From Deltaproteobacteria bacterium (GTDB lineage Bacteria > Myxococcota_A > Polyangia > Fen-1088), in contig JANRKS010000034.1 in NCBI GenBank assembly GCA_033763315.1, positions 192,001 to 256,000 on the forward strand: a stretch of 64,000 bases of DNA, in the 5' to 3' direction. Shown here one piece after another: positions 18,382 through 26,782 of the stretch (positions are counted from its first letter, which is position 1; each line of letters begins with the position of its first letter). The notes below the pieces were generated by a model. The model was not told the DNA's origin, searched no databases, and saw nothing but the letters and a program-made list of their open reading frames with translations. Made by a program: the position numbers and the translations under genes.

Positions 18382-19455
18382 ATGGCGGCAACGCGCGCGG
18401 GCTTTGCGAAATCCCTTTTGTCTTGGTACGACCGCGAACGCCGCGACCTACCTTGGCGGGGGCAATCGGATCCCTACCGCGTGTGGATCTCGGAGGCCAT
18501 GTTGCAGCAAACGGTGGTGGCGACCGTGATCCCTTATTACCAGCGCTTCTTGCGGGCGTTCCCCACGGTGCAAGCGCTGGCCCGTGCTCCTGAAGGAGAT
18601 GTGCTGCACGCGTGGGCGGGCCTTGGTTATTACAGCCGCGCTCGCAGCTTGAAACGGGCCGCTCAGATGGTGGTGGAAGAATTTGGAGGCCGCATGCCTG
18701 CCACCGAGGCACAGCTGCTGCGCCTGCCTGGCGTGGGGCCTTACACAGCGGCGGCGGTGGCCGCGATTGCGTATGGCCACCACACGTTTCCTTTGGACGG
18801 CAATGCCATTCGTGTGATGGCGCGGCTGGCAAACGATGACAGCTTCATCGACGACGACGCGACGAAACAGGCTTTGCGTAACGTGGGCCAAGCGCTTGTG
18901 CCACGTGGCCGTGCGGGGGATTTTGCACAGGCGGTGATGGATTTGGGGGCCCGTGTCTGTTTGCCCCGCACCCCCAAGTGCGATGTGTGCCCCGTGGCTC
19001 GGTTTTGCGAAGCGCGCGTGCAGGGCACGGCGAAAGAGCTGCCTCGACGTAGGCCACGTCGCCCGAAAAAGCCAGTGCGCCTCATGTGCATCGCGATGTT
19101 GTGCGATGACGACGTGTTGCTGTTGCAACAGCCGTCCAAAGGTCTATTGGGCGGCACATGGACACTGCCGTCAGTGACGATGGCTGACGATGAACCGGTG
19201 CCCGCGGCGGCGTTACGCATCGCCGCTTCGTATGGCCTGCGTGCGCAAATCCAGGTGTCGCCAAGCCTTGTTCATCACGTCTTTACCCACTTAGATGTCA
19301 AAGCCCATGTGGCTTTGGTCACGCTGAAAGCGGCCACAAAAGCCAAGGTTTCTAAAGCCTTCCCGCAAGCACGATGGATCCCTTGCGCTGATGCGTCTAG
19401 CTTGCCGCTGGCGTCGTTCACCAAGAAGCTTTTGGCTTGTGTTGGCGCGCGCTAG
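18382..19455 (+). CDS. mutY: A/G-specific adenine glycosylase
   Basis: RDLPWR, WISEAMLQQT, WAGLGYYSRA, LPGVGPYTA, CLPRTPKCDVCPVARFC 4Fe-4S motif. Confidence 0.95.
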   Translation: MAATRAGFAKSLLSWYDRERRDLPWRGQSDPYRVWISEAMLQQTVVATVIPYYQRFLRAFPTVQALARAPEGDVLHAWAGLGYYSRARSLKRAAQMVVEEFGGRMPATEAQLLRLPGVGPYTAAAVAAIAYGHHTFPLDGNAIRVMARLANDDSFIDDDATKQALRNVGQALVPRGRAGDFAQAVMDLGARVCLPRTPKCDVCPVARFCEARVQGTAKELPRRRPRRPKKPVRLMCIAMLCDDDVLLLQQPSKGLLGGTWTLPSVTMADDEPVPAAALRIAASYGLRAQIQVSPSLVHHVFTHLDVKAHVALVTLKAATKAKVSKAFPQARWIPCADASSLPLASFTKKLLACVGAR

Positions 19456-19486
19456 CCGCTTTGATACCCGTCACAAGGAGTTTCGT

Positions 19487-20314
19487 TTGCAACTGATTCA
19501 GAAAACGTTGTTCGCCACAGCTGCTCTATCGCTTCTCACGTCGGGGTTCGCGCTCGCTGCAGACGCGCCTGAGAAAGCAAAGCCCGGATACACAGACACG
19601 CCGTTGCAGCCAAACGGTAAGTGGCACGTCCACGACTCGAACCGTGCACGGCCGCCCGTGATCACGCCCGGTGAATTCAGCACAGAGGCGAAGGTTGGCA
19701 AACCGCCATCGGATGCCGTGGTGCTTGTGGGCTCCGGCAGTGATCTGTCAGCGTGGCAACATGAAGGCGGCGCCGCGCCGACGTGGAAGATGAAGGGTGG
19801 CGTTCTGCAAACCGGAAAGGGTTACCTGGAAACGAAGCAGTCGTTTCAAGATTTCCAATTGCACATCGAATGGGCCAGTCCGAAAAAGGTCGAGGGCGAC
19901 GGGCAGGGGCGCGGCAACAGCGGCGTGTTTTTGTTGGGCAAATTTGAGGTGCAGGTGCTTGATAGCTTCAACAACGAAACGTACGCTGACGGCCAAGCCT
20001 CGGCGATGTACGGGCAATACCCGCCGCTTGTAAATGCATGTCGGGCGCCCGGCAAGTGGCAGGTTTACGACATCGTCTTTAAGGCCCCGCGCTTCAAAGG
20101 CCCCAAGGTGGAAAGCCCCGCCACGGTCACTGTGCTTCACAACGGTGTGGTCACGCATGCGGGCACAGCCTACTTCGGGCCCACTTCGCACAAGGCAAAT
20201 CCACCTTATACGCCTGCCGATGCCAGTGGGCCGCTGCGGCTGCAAGATCACGGAAACCCCGTGAGTTACCGCAACGTCTGGATTCGGCCGCTTAAGAATT
20301 ACGACGAACCATAG
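19487..20314 (+). CDS. DUF1080 (3-keto-disaccharide hydrolase/hydratase family) secreted protein
   Basis: RBS AAGGAG plus TTG; signal peptide; DFQLHIEW, GNSGVF, EVQVLDS, WQVYDIVF, LRLQDHGNPVSYRNVW. Confidence 0.9.
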   Translation: MQLIQKTLFATAALSLLTSGFALAADAPEKAKPGYTDTPLQPNGKWHVHDSNRARPPVITPGEFSTEAKVGKPPSDAVVLVGSGSDLSAWQHEGGAAPTWKMKGGVLQTGKGYLETKQSFQDFQLHIEWASPKKVEGDGQGRGNSGVFLLGKFEVQVLDSFNNETYADGQASAMYGQYPPLVNACRAPGKWQVYDIVFKAPRFKGPKVESPATVTVLHNGVVTHAGTAYFGPTSHKANPPYTPADASGPLRLQDHGNPVSYRNVWIRPLKNYDEP

Positions 20315-20321
20315 GCCGCCG

Positions 20322-20358
20322 CGATGGTGGCCCCCGCTGGAGGAAGCGGGGCGCCATC
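20322..20358 (+). terminator. GC-rich hairpin after the DUF1080 gene
   Basis: GATGG...CCCCGCT-ggagga-AGCGGGG..CCATC inverted repeat; no U-tract. Confidence 0.35.
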
Positions 20359-20410
20359 AAGCGATGCTTTCGGCCTGCCGATGGGTAGGGCTTGAGGCAG
20401 AATTAAGACT

Positions 20411-21211
20411 GTGGACGTAAGGCGGGACATTGAGCGGGGACTCGCTTGTTATGGCCGGGGCGCTGTTCTTGAAGCGCTTGAGGCTTGGCGCAGAGCTTTG
20501 CACGACGCCCCTCGCAATGAAGAAGCGCAGCGATTGGTTGAGCTTGTGGAGCGACGCTTGGCAAGCCCTGCGCCTGCCGAGCCCACACTGCAGCGTCGGC
20601 GCCCTACGTCGCCTGGCGCGGCACCGCAGCGTATGGTCGAAAATGATCTAACGCCTGTATCGCCGCTTTCGGCGTGGTTGGCACCCAGCACCCACCCCAC
20701 CGAGCTTGAGCTTATGGTGGCCAACGAAGACGGCGCGCCCGTGAAGACGACGCATGAGGTGTCTACGCGGCCCGTGATGACGGAAGCGCCGCCCTTGGTG
20801 CGTCGTCCGCAATCGTCGGCGGCGGATCGCGCTCAGTTTCAGATAGACCAGTGCCAGCGTTTCTTGGTGCAGGACGATCCGAAATCAGCGGCCGCAGCGG
20901 CGGAGCTCGCGCTGCAAGCGGCGGAGGCCGCGGATGATGCACAAGCGTGGGCGTTGCTTGGGCCGCGTCTGTCCTTGATTGAGCGAGCGTTTGCCATGTC
21001 GCTTGGACCCAAGACGGGAATCCCATACCTTGTGCGTGGGTTAAGCGCGATCGATAGCAAGACGGTTGATCACCGCGTGGGCTACTTGGCTTCGTGCATC
21101 GATGGGCACACCGATTTGGCGTCGTTGCTGGACATCTGCGGCATGCCTCGGCTTGAGGCGCTGCGTGCGTTGGCGCAGCTGTATTTCCACGGTTTCTTGC
21201 GGCTTCGCTGA
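20411..21211 (+). CDS. Hypothetical protein (N-terminal TPR-like helix pair, C-terminal winged-helix-like domain seen in myxobacterial proteins)
   Basis: 266-aa ORF; C-terminal DHRVGYLASCIDGHTDLASLLDICGMPRLEALRALAQL. Confidence 0.7.
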   Translation: MDVRRDIERGLACYGRGAVLEALEAWRRALHDAPRNEEAQRLVELVERRLASPAPAEPTLQRRRPTSPGAAPQRMVENDLTPVSPLSAWLAPSTHPTELELMVANEDGAPVKTTHEVSTRPVMTEAPPLVRRPQSSAADRAQFQIDQCQRFLVQDDPKSAAAAAELALQAAEAADDAQAWALLGPRLSLIERAFAMSLGPKTGIPYLVRGLSAIDSKTVDHRVGYLASCIDGHTDLASLLDICGMPRLEALRALAQLYFHGFLRLR

Positions 21212-21224
21212 ACGTGATTGGGTG

Positions 21225-22547
21225 CTAGCCCTGAGCGGCGCGCGGCAGGTCATCAATCCAATCGTTGCTGCGCAACTCTTCGGTGACGGTGCAAAGCTGT
21301 GTCACGAGTTCACCGCCGGGGTAGAGCGCCAGGGCCGCTTGGGTCAAGTTCACCTTGGCCTCCATCTGGGCGGGCAACAGCGCCAAAAGCTTGCGTAGCT
21401 TGGTCGCTGTTTTATCGATCAAGAATGTGACTTCGGAAGCCAGCTTCTGCGCTTGCGCCACCGGGAACAAATCGAAGGCCTCATCACCAGGCAGAGCTGG
21501 CACAGCCGCCAATTCTGTTGAAGACACGAACGAAGGCATGTACATGCGCAGCGTTTCTTCTTCCGTGACCATGGCAGATGGGGCTGCCGGCTCGGGCGCC
21601 ACAATGTCTATCTCGATTGACACCTCTGTAGGAGTTAGCGAGCGCTCCTCAAGTTGCTCAAGTTGCTTTTGCAGCTCTTCATCTTGCGGCCGAAGATCGA
21701 GTGCGCGGTGAACCGTGTCAAGCGCCAGGGCACGTCGACCTTGATCACGGTGAACTTGCACAAGCGCCTTAAGCAACGTCACGCACTTGTCGGTGTTGCC
21801 AAGCAGAGCGAAGGCTTGTGCCAGCAGATCCAGCAGTTCGGCGTCTTTCGGTGTTTCGTCGTAACACATGCGCAAGCGCGCCAACGCGAAGCGGCCGTTG
21901 TTGCGCACGATGTAGCCCTTGGCGATGTCGCGCGCCAGCACCGTGTTGCGGGGCTCTTCCTTCAAGATCTGCTCGGCCACGCGCAGGTATTCATCGATGC
22001 GGCCCGCGGCTTTAAGTGCAATCGCGGCCGAACGCAGTGTCTCAATGGCCTCCGTGCGAAAGCCCAACGATAAGGCCGTCTCGGCAAAGTGCAGCTGTAT
22101 GCGCACGTCGTGAGGGTTGAGCTGCAAAATGCAGCGTAGGGCGCTCAACGCTTCGGTGGAGCGATCTTGCAGTTGGCAGGCCTTGAGCAGCGCCTCGTAT
22201 TGCAGCGTGGCGTCCGAAAGCAACCCGAGGTGCCCCGACAGCTCCGCGACGTTTTTAAGCGCGTCCAAATCATCGGGAACAAGCGCCAGAACGTTCTTGT
22301 AAAGCGCAAGCGCATGGCGCTGAAAGCCTTTGCGGGCGTGAATCGCGGCTGCGTTGCGGTAGGCTTCCACAGCGTTGCGCCCGTCGCCTGTGCGGGCATA
22401 AAGCTCCGCCACGCGCAGCCATGTGCGTGCATCGTCTGGATCCCGTTGTACAACGGCCAGGAATTCATCAAGGGCTTTGTGAAGGCTGCCACGTTCAAGT
22501 TGGTGGCTGCCTCGGACGACGTGCTGTTCGATGGTGTTCCTGCGCAT
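21225..22547 (-). CDS. Tetratricopeptide repeat protein (SgmX N-terminal region-like)
   Basis: About 8 TPR units over residues 1-295, followed by an acidic/Pro linker. Confidence 0.8.
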   Translation of the reverse strand: MRRNTIEQHVVRGSHQLERGSLHKALDEFLAVVQRDPDDARTWLRVAELYARTGDGRNAVEAYRNAAAIHARKGFQRHALALYKNVLALVPDDLDALKNVAELSGHLGLLSDATLQYEALLKACQLQDRSTEALSALRCILQLNPHDVRIQLHFAETALSLGFRTEAIETLRSAAIALKAAGRIDEYLRVAEQILKEEPRNTVLARDIAKGYIVRNNGRFALARLRMCYDETPKDAELLDLLAQAFALLGNTDKCVTLLKALVQVHRDQGRRALALDTVHRALDLRPQDEELQKQLEQLEERSLTPTEVSIEIDIVAPEPAAPSAMVTEEETLRMYMPSFVSSTELAAVPALPGDEAFDLFPVAQAQKLASEVTFLIDKTATKLRKLLALLPAQMEAKVNLTQAALALYPGGELVTQLCTVTEELRSNDWIDDLPRAAQG

Positions 22548-22622
22548 GGGCGTTGGCCGCCAGTAACATCGGTTTGTGTGGGCGCGCAGTTGAGCCCATC
22601 GGACGACGTTTGGCGCCTCCCA

Positions 22623-24110
22623 TCACGGGTAGAGCGCACTTTGATACTGAAGGGGCACCGACACACCAAAAACGCCAAGGCACATCTCGTTTAGGGTTCC
22701 TTCACCAAGTTCTACGTCGACAGGAGCCGTTTTGCCTTGGTCTTCTAAGATATGGGCCAGGGCAGGGTTGTCCAACGAGTTGTCGTAAGTGCAGCGAAAG
22801 TGCAGTTCATCGCCTGGGTAAACGCTGGGCACGTCTGCCAACGGCGCGTCGTAGGTGTAGCCGCGTTGCCAGTCAAAGTCCCACTTCGGCGTTTGCACCA
22901 AACACTCTTGGGAGGGCAGCCCTTGCGTGGGAACGGGACGCACGAGATCAATCTTCATGTCGCGCCCGAGGTAATGCATGTGTGTGCCCACGGTCCACAG
23001 ACGCACGGCGACGCCGTTTTGACGAGCCATGGGGCTGCCGGGGATCTTGAATCGCATCGACTCCACGTGGCTCTTGGCGCCGGCGGGGATGTGGAATCTC
23101 ACCTGACCTCCGTCGTCGTTCGGTCCCGGAAGCAACCCAAATCCATCTCCCCCCGCCGCTGCGATGTTGGGCCTGCCGAAGTTGCCGATGAGTGCCAAGC
23201 GTCCCGCGTTCTTGGGCGGCGTCGTGGACCACCGCAACTGCATCGCCGTGTCGCTGTCTGTTTGTACCGAACCCGTAGGATGGTAGTGAACGTTCATGAT
23301 GATGCGCGAGCCGGCCTTCAACAAGATGGCCACATCGGGCGGCGTGGTGGAGGGCAGGGCGCCTGGAGCCCACGCCCCAATGAGTTCCGCGGCCCCTGAG
23401 ATGCCGGGACCACCGAAGCATGGGTAATACCCCGTCGCTCCCGCTTTGGCCGCTGATTCGCCTTTGGGGTCCACGTAAAGCAACACATGGTGAACGATCG
23501 CTGGGTTGCCAGCCGTGATCTGCGAGCCATCCACCCACACATCTTGAGTCACCTGCGGATCCAAGCTGAAGCACAGGAACTGATCTTCTTTGCCATCAAT
23601 GTTTACGGAGGTGGGAAGCTTGAGGCGCACGTTTGCGTTCTTGAGCTCCAGATCCGGCGCTTGTGGAAGCGCTGCGGCCTGGGATGCGTCGCCGGCGGGC
23701 TTTCCGTCTGCGAGCCATCCCTGCAAGATGGCTCGATCGGCTGCAGACACACGCAAGTCGTCTTTCCAGCCAAAGCGCGGCCGGCATTCAGCCGTTTCCT
23801 GTGCGCTCCATGGCGGCATCTCGCCGGCTTCGACCGCCTCGACTGCCGCTTGTGCCCAACGTTTGGCGCCATCATAGTTTGTGAGATCGAACGGAGCGAT
23901 GCCGTTGGGCTTGTGGCAGCCTGCGCAGCTTCTTTGCAGGATGGGCGCAACGTTTTGGTAGTACGTCATGCCACTGGGTAAAATTAGGCCGTCAACGGCA
24001 GCGTCCGCGACGTTGTTAGAAGGTCTTGTTTCAGAACACCCAGCAACGCACAGCCCAATCAACACGCAATGCCGCATCACTTCGCGCTGATAACGATGAA
24101 CAAGCCGCAT
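22623..24110 (-). CDS. Lipoprotein: c-type heme domain fused to a copper type II (PHM/DBH-like) monooxygenase
   Basis: Lipobox VAGC; CAGCH heme motif and MPPW; HHVLLY, VHYH, THMH and EMC copper-ligand motifs. Confidence 0.82.
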   Translation of the reverse strand: MRLVHRYQREVMRHCVLIGLCVAGCSETRPSNNVADAAVDGLILPSGMTYYQNVAPILQRSCAGCHKPNGIAPFDLTNYDGAKRWAQAAVEAVEAGEMPPWSAQETAECRPRFGWKDDLRVSAADRAILQGWLADGKPAGDASQAAALPQAPDLELKNANVRLKLPTSVNIDGKEDQFLCFSLDPQVTQDVWVDGSQITAGNPAIVHHVLLYVDPKGESAAKAGATGYYPCFGGPGISGAAELIGAWAPGALPSTTPPDVAILLKAGSRIIMNVHYHPTGSVQTDSDTAMQLRWSTTPPKNAGRLALIGNFGRPNIAAAGGDGFGLLPGPNDDGGQVRFHIPAGAKSHVESMRFKIPGSPMARQNGVAVRLWTVGTHMHYLGRDMKIDLVRPVPTQGLPSQECLVQTPKWDFDWQRGYTYDAPLADVPSVYPGDELHFRCTYDNSLDNPALAHILEDQGKTAPVDVELGEGTLNEMCLGVFGVSVPLQYQSALYP

Positions 24111-24131
24111 GACGCGCCTACCGTAACACGT

Positions 24132-24323
24132 TTAGTAGTGCGGCGGTGGTTCGTTTGCAGGGCCGGACGGCAATGCCGCGTCAATCACGGATGTGCGTAA
24201 TCTGATGAGCTCGCGTTCCAAAACCTCCACGCGCGCGGCAAAGGCCCGAACCACTTCATCGAGATCTGCAATGAGCCTGTCCTGATAGGCGATCCGTTCT
24301 TCAAGCTCGATAATGTTTGCCAC
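24132..24323 (-). CDS. slyX: SlyX family protein
   Basis: IIELEERIAYQDRLIADLDEVV...NEPPPHY. Confidence 0.9.
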   Translation of the reverse strand: MANIIELEERIAYQDRLIADLDEVVRAFAARVEVLERELIRLRTSVIDAALPSGPANEPPPHY

Positions 24324-24418
24324 GGGCGCAGACTAGCCGAGGGTGGCCCACGGCGCACGCGCCCGCCCAGGTTGAACCACGACACGCCGCTGAGTTCGCG
24401 TTCTTGACGCAGGCCTCG

Positions 24419-24853
24419 CTAGGCGTTGAGGAGCCACGCTTGCATCTGACGTTCACCCACCAAGCCCGCTTGCTGCGAAACCAGGCGGCCTTGCTTGAGC
24501 ACAGCAAAATTGGGAATGCCCTGCACATTGAAACGCGCGGCCAAGGACGGATGCTTCTCGGTATCAACCTTGAGGACGATCGCTTTGCCCGCCATGTTTG
24601 CTGCCACGTTTTTCACGGCCGGAGCGGCCATGCGACAAGGCTGGCACCACGCCGCCCAAAAATCCACGAGCACTGGCACCGTGGCTTCGCCGACCACGTG
24701 ATCAAAGGTTTCGGGATCGACATCTAACGGTTCGGCCAACGCGGAGAGGGCGGCTTTGCAGTGACCACAGCGACCGTCGTCGGCAAGGTGTTTAGCAGGC
24801 ACGCGGTTCTTACTGCCACAGCTCGAACAAGTCCTGATGATTCCGTTCGTCAT
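24419..24853 (-). CDS. trxC: Thioredoxin 2 with N-terminal zinc finger
   Basis: CSSC..NRVP...CGHC zinc site; DFWAAWCQPC active site; RBS GGAG. Confidence 0.9.
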   Translation of the reverse strand: MTNGIIRTCSSCGSKNRVPAKHLADDGRCGHCKAALSALAEPLDVDPETFDHVVGEATVPVLVDFWAAWCQPCRMAAPAVKNVAANMAGKAIVLKVDTEKHPSLAARFNVQGIPNFAVLKQGRLVSQQAGLVGERQMQAWLLNA

Positions 24854-24922
24854 TCCGCTCGTCTCCTCCCATTAGAAGCCGCCTCGTGACCAAAGGATTC
24901 GCGGGAACGGCCGGACCGTGTG

Positions 24923-24937
24923 ATAGCCTACCGCTAT
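24923..24937. promoter_or_regulatory. OxyR-type binding half-site
   Basis: ATAG-cctaccg-CTAT (ATAG-N7-CTAT) between divergent trxC and the oxyR-like gene. Confidence 0.65.
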
Positions 24938-24939
24938 CG

Positions 24940-25848
24940 ATGAATTTTGCTCCTCATCCCTTTACGCTTCGACAGCTGCAATACGCTGTGGCGGTGGCCG
25001 AAGAGCTGTCTTTTCGCCGCGCCGCTGAACGTTGCCGTGTGGCGCAGCCTTCGTTAAGCGCGCAGGTGGCCCAGCTTGAGGACGCGTTAGGCGTTCAAGT
25101 GTTCGAACGGACGCAGCGCAAAGTGATCGTGACGGCGGCGGGGCACCACGTGCTTGAACGCGCCAAGCGGCTGCTGCTCGCGTCGGACGATCTGGGGCAA
25201 GCCGCAAAGCTGGCGGGCAACCCGCTTGAGGGCACGCTGCGTTTGGGCATCATCCCCACCATTTCGCCTTATCTATTGCCCAACGTTACACGCAAGGTGC
25301 GGGCGCGCTTTACAAAACTGACCTTGGCATGGGCCGAAGAAAAAACCGAAGTCGTGGCGGCGCGCTTAAGCGCAGGTGAGCTTGATGGCGCGGTGGTGGC
25401 GCTCGAGGCTGACATTGCTGATGTTGATCGCGAGATCTTGGCGCGCGATCCTTTCGTGCTGGTGACGGCCCCCGAACACCCCTTGGCCGCGAAGACGACG
25501 CCCGTGACGGCGCAAGAACTCAATGGCGAAGAGATGCTGCTGCTTGACGACGGCCATTGCTTTCGGACGCAGGCCCTTGAGGTGTGCTCGACGCTCCGGG
25601 CGCGTGAAGGCGAATTTCGCGCGACCAGTTTGTCAACGTTGGTGCAGATGGTGGCGGGCGGCGCTGGCATCACGTTGTTGCCCGCACTGGCGGTGCCCAC
25701 GGAAACCAAGCGGGCGCGCTTGCACGTGAGGCCGCTGGCCGGGCGCGCTGCTTTCAGAACGATCGCCATGGTGTGGCGAAAACAATCGCCCCTGGCCGCG
25801 CCGTTGCAGCAACTGGCGGCCGTCATCAAAGACGCTTATCCCACGTGA
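24940..25848 (+). CDS. oxyR: Hydrogen peroxide-inducible LysR regulator
   Basis: TLRQLQY..SFRRAAERC.VAQPSLS HTH; GIIPTISPYLLP; LLDDGHCFRTQALEVC with both redox Cys; ATSLSTL. Confidence 0.88.
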   Translation: MNFAPHPFTLRQLQYAVAVAEELSFRRAAERCRVAQPSLSAQVAQLEDALGVQVFERTQRKVIVTAAGHHVLERAKRLLLASDDLGQAAKLAGNPLEGTLRLGIIPTISPYLLPNVTRKVRARFTKLTLAWAEEKTEVVAARLSAGELDGAVVALEADIADVDREILARDPFVLVTAPEHPLAAKTTPVTAQELNGEEMLLLDDGHCFRTQALEVCSTLRAREGEFRATSLSTLVQMVAGGAGITLLPALAVPTETKRARLHVRPLAGRAAFRTIAMVWRKQSPLAAPLQQLAAVIKDAYPT

Positions 25849-25894
25849 AGCGCTTTTGCTGGCCGAACGAAGCGCCAGCGTTCAGACTGGCCGC

Positions 25895-26137
25895 GTGGCA
25901 AACGCGAAGGACCCGTTACACGGCGTCACCTTAGAAATGATCGTCACCGCATTGGTTCACCACTTCGGCTGGGAAGAGCTGGGCCAGCAGGTGAACGTGC
26001 GCTGTTTTACGCACGACCCAAGCGTCGCCTCCAGCTTGAAGTTCCTGCGGCGCACGCCGTGGGCGCGCCAAAAGGTTGAGAGCCTTTACCTATTCATGCT
26101 GCGCGAGCAGGCACGCCGCGCGCGCGGCGAACAATAA
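25895..26137 (+). CDS. VF530/DUF2132 family protein
   Basis: DPLHGVTLEMI...CFTHDPSVASSLKFLRRTPWARQKVESLY. Confidence 0.9.
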   Translation: MANAKDPLHGVTLEMIVTALVHHFGWEELGQQVNVRCFTHDPSVASSLKFLRRTPWARQKVESLYLFMLREQARRARGEQ

Positions 26138-26174
26138 CCGCGCAAGCCCGCGCCGAAGGGCTAAACTGCGACGC

Positions 26175-26681
26175 ATGATCTACCAAACAGTACAGCAGAT
26201 GAAGAAGCAGTTGCTTCAACTGAACCAGTGGTTCGACGCCGCTGTGGCTCACGCGGACGCTAAGAAGTTTGATCCGAACCTTTATTTGGGCTTCCGCCTG
26301 GCGCCCGATCAATTTGGCCTTGTGAAGCAGGTTCAAGTGGCGTGCGATACATCGAAACTGATGGCGGCGCGTTTGACCGGCAAAGAGGCGCCCAAACATG
26401 CGGACGATGAAAAAACGTTGGAAGAGTTGCGTGCACGCGTGGCGGATGTGGCCACGTACCTTGGCACGTTCACTGAACAGGATTTTGCCGGCGCGGCTGA
26501 GCGTGTGATCACGCAGCCCCGATGGGAAGGCAAAGTTATGTCTGGGGCTGACTACTTCCTGGAGCACGCTGTTCCGAACTTCTTCTTTCACCTCGCCCAC
26601 GCTTACGCCATCCTGCGCCACAACGGCGTGCCGCTTGGCAAACGTGATTACCTGGGGGCATTGACGCAGCGCCTGCCGTAA
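26175..26681 (+). CDS. DUF1993 (DinB-like helical) family protein
   Basis: RLAPDQF, QVQVACD, PNFFFHLAHAYAILRHNGVPLGKRDYLG. Confidence 0.92.
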   Translation: MIYQTVQQMKKQLLQLNQWFDAAVAHADAKKFDPNLYLGFRLAPDQFGLVKQVQVACDTSKLMAARLTGKEAPKHADDEKTLEELRARVADVATYLGTFTEQDFAGAAERVITQPRWEGKVMSGADYFLEHAVPNFFFHLAHAYAILRHNGVPLGKRDYLGALTQRLP

Positions 26682-26782
26682 CGACGTTCACCGGTCGGGC
26701 CGCATTTTGGGGTGGCAAGGGCTCTTCAGGACGACTACAGTCCAGGTCAACGCCTGGCTTAGCCACGCGCGGTGGTCACCTG

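Noticed and set aside
8108-19455. mutS-holA-mutY proximity as a DNA-repair island
   Set aside because: rpsT-holA is a widespread conserved pair and unrelated genes intervene; ordinary core genome
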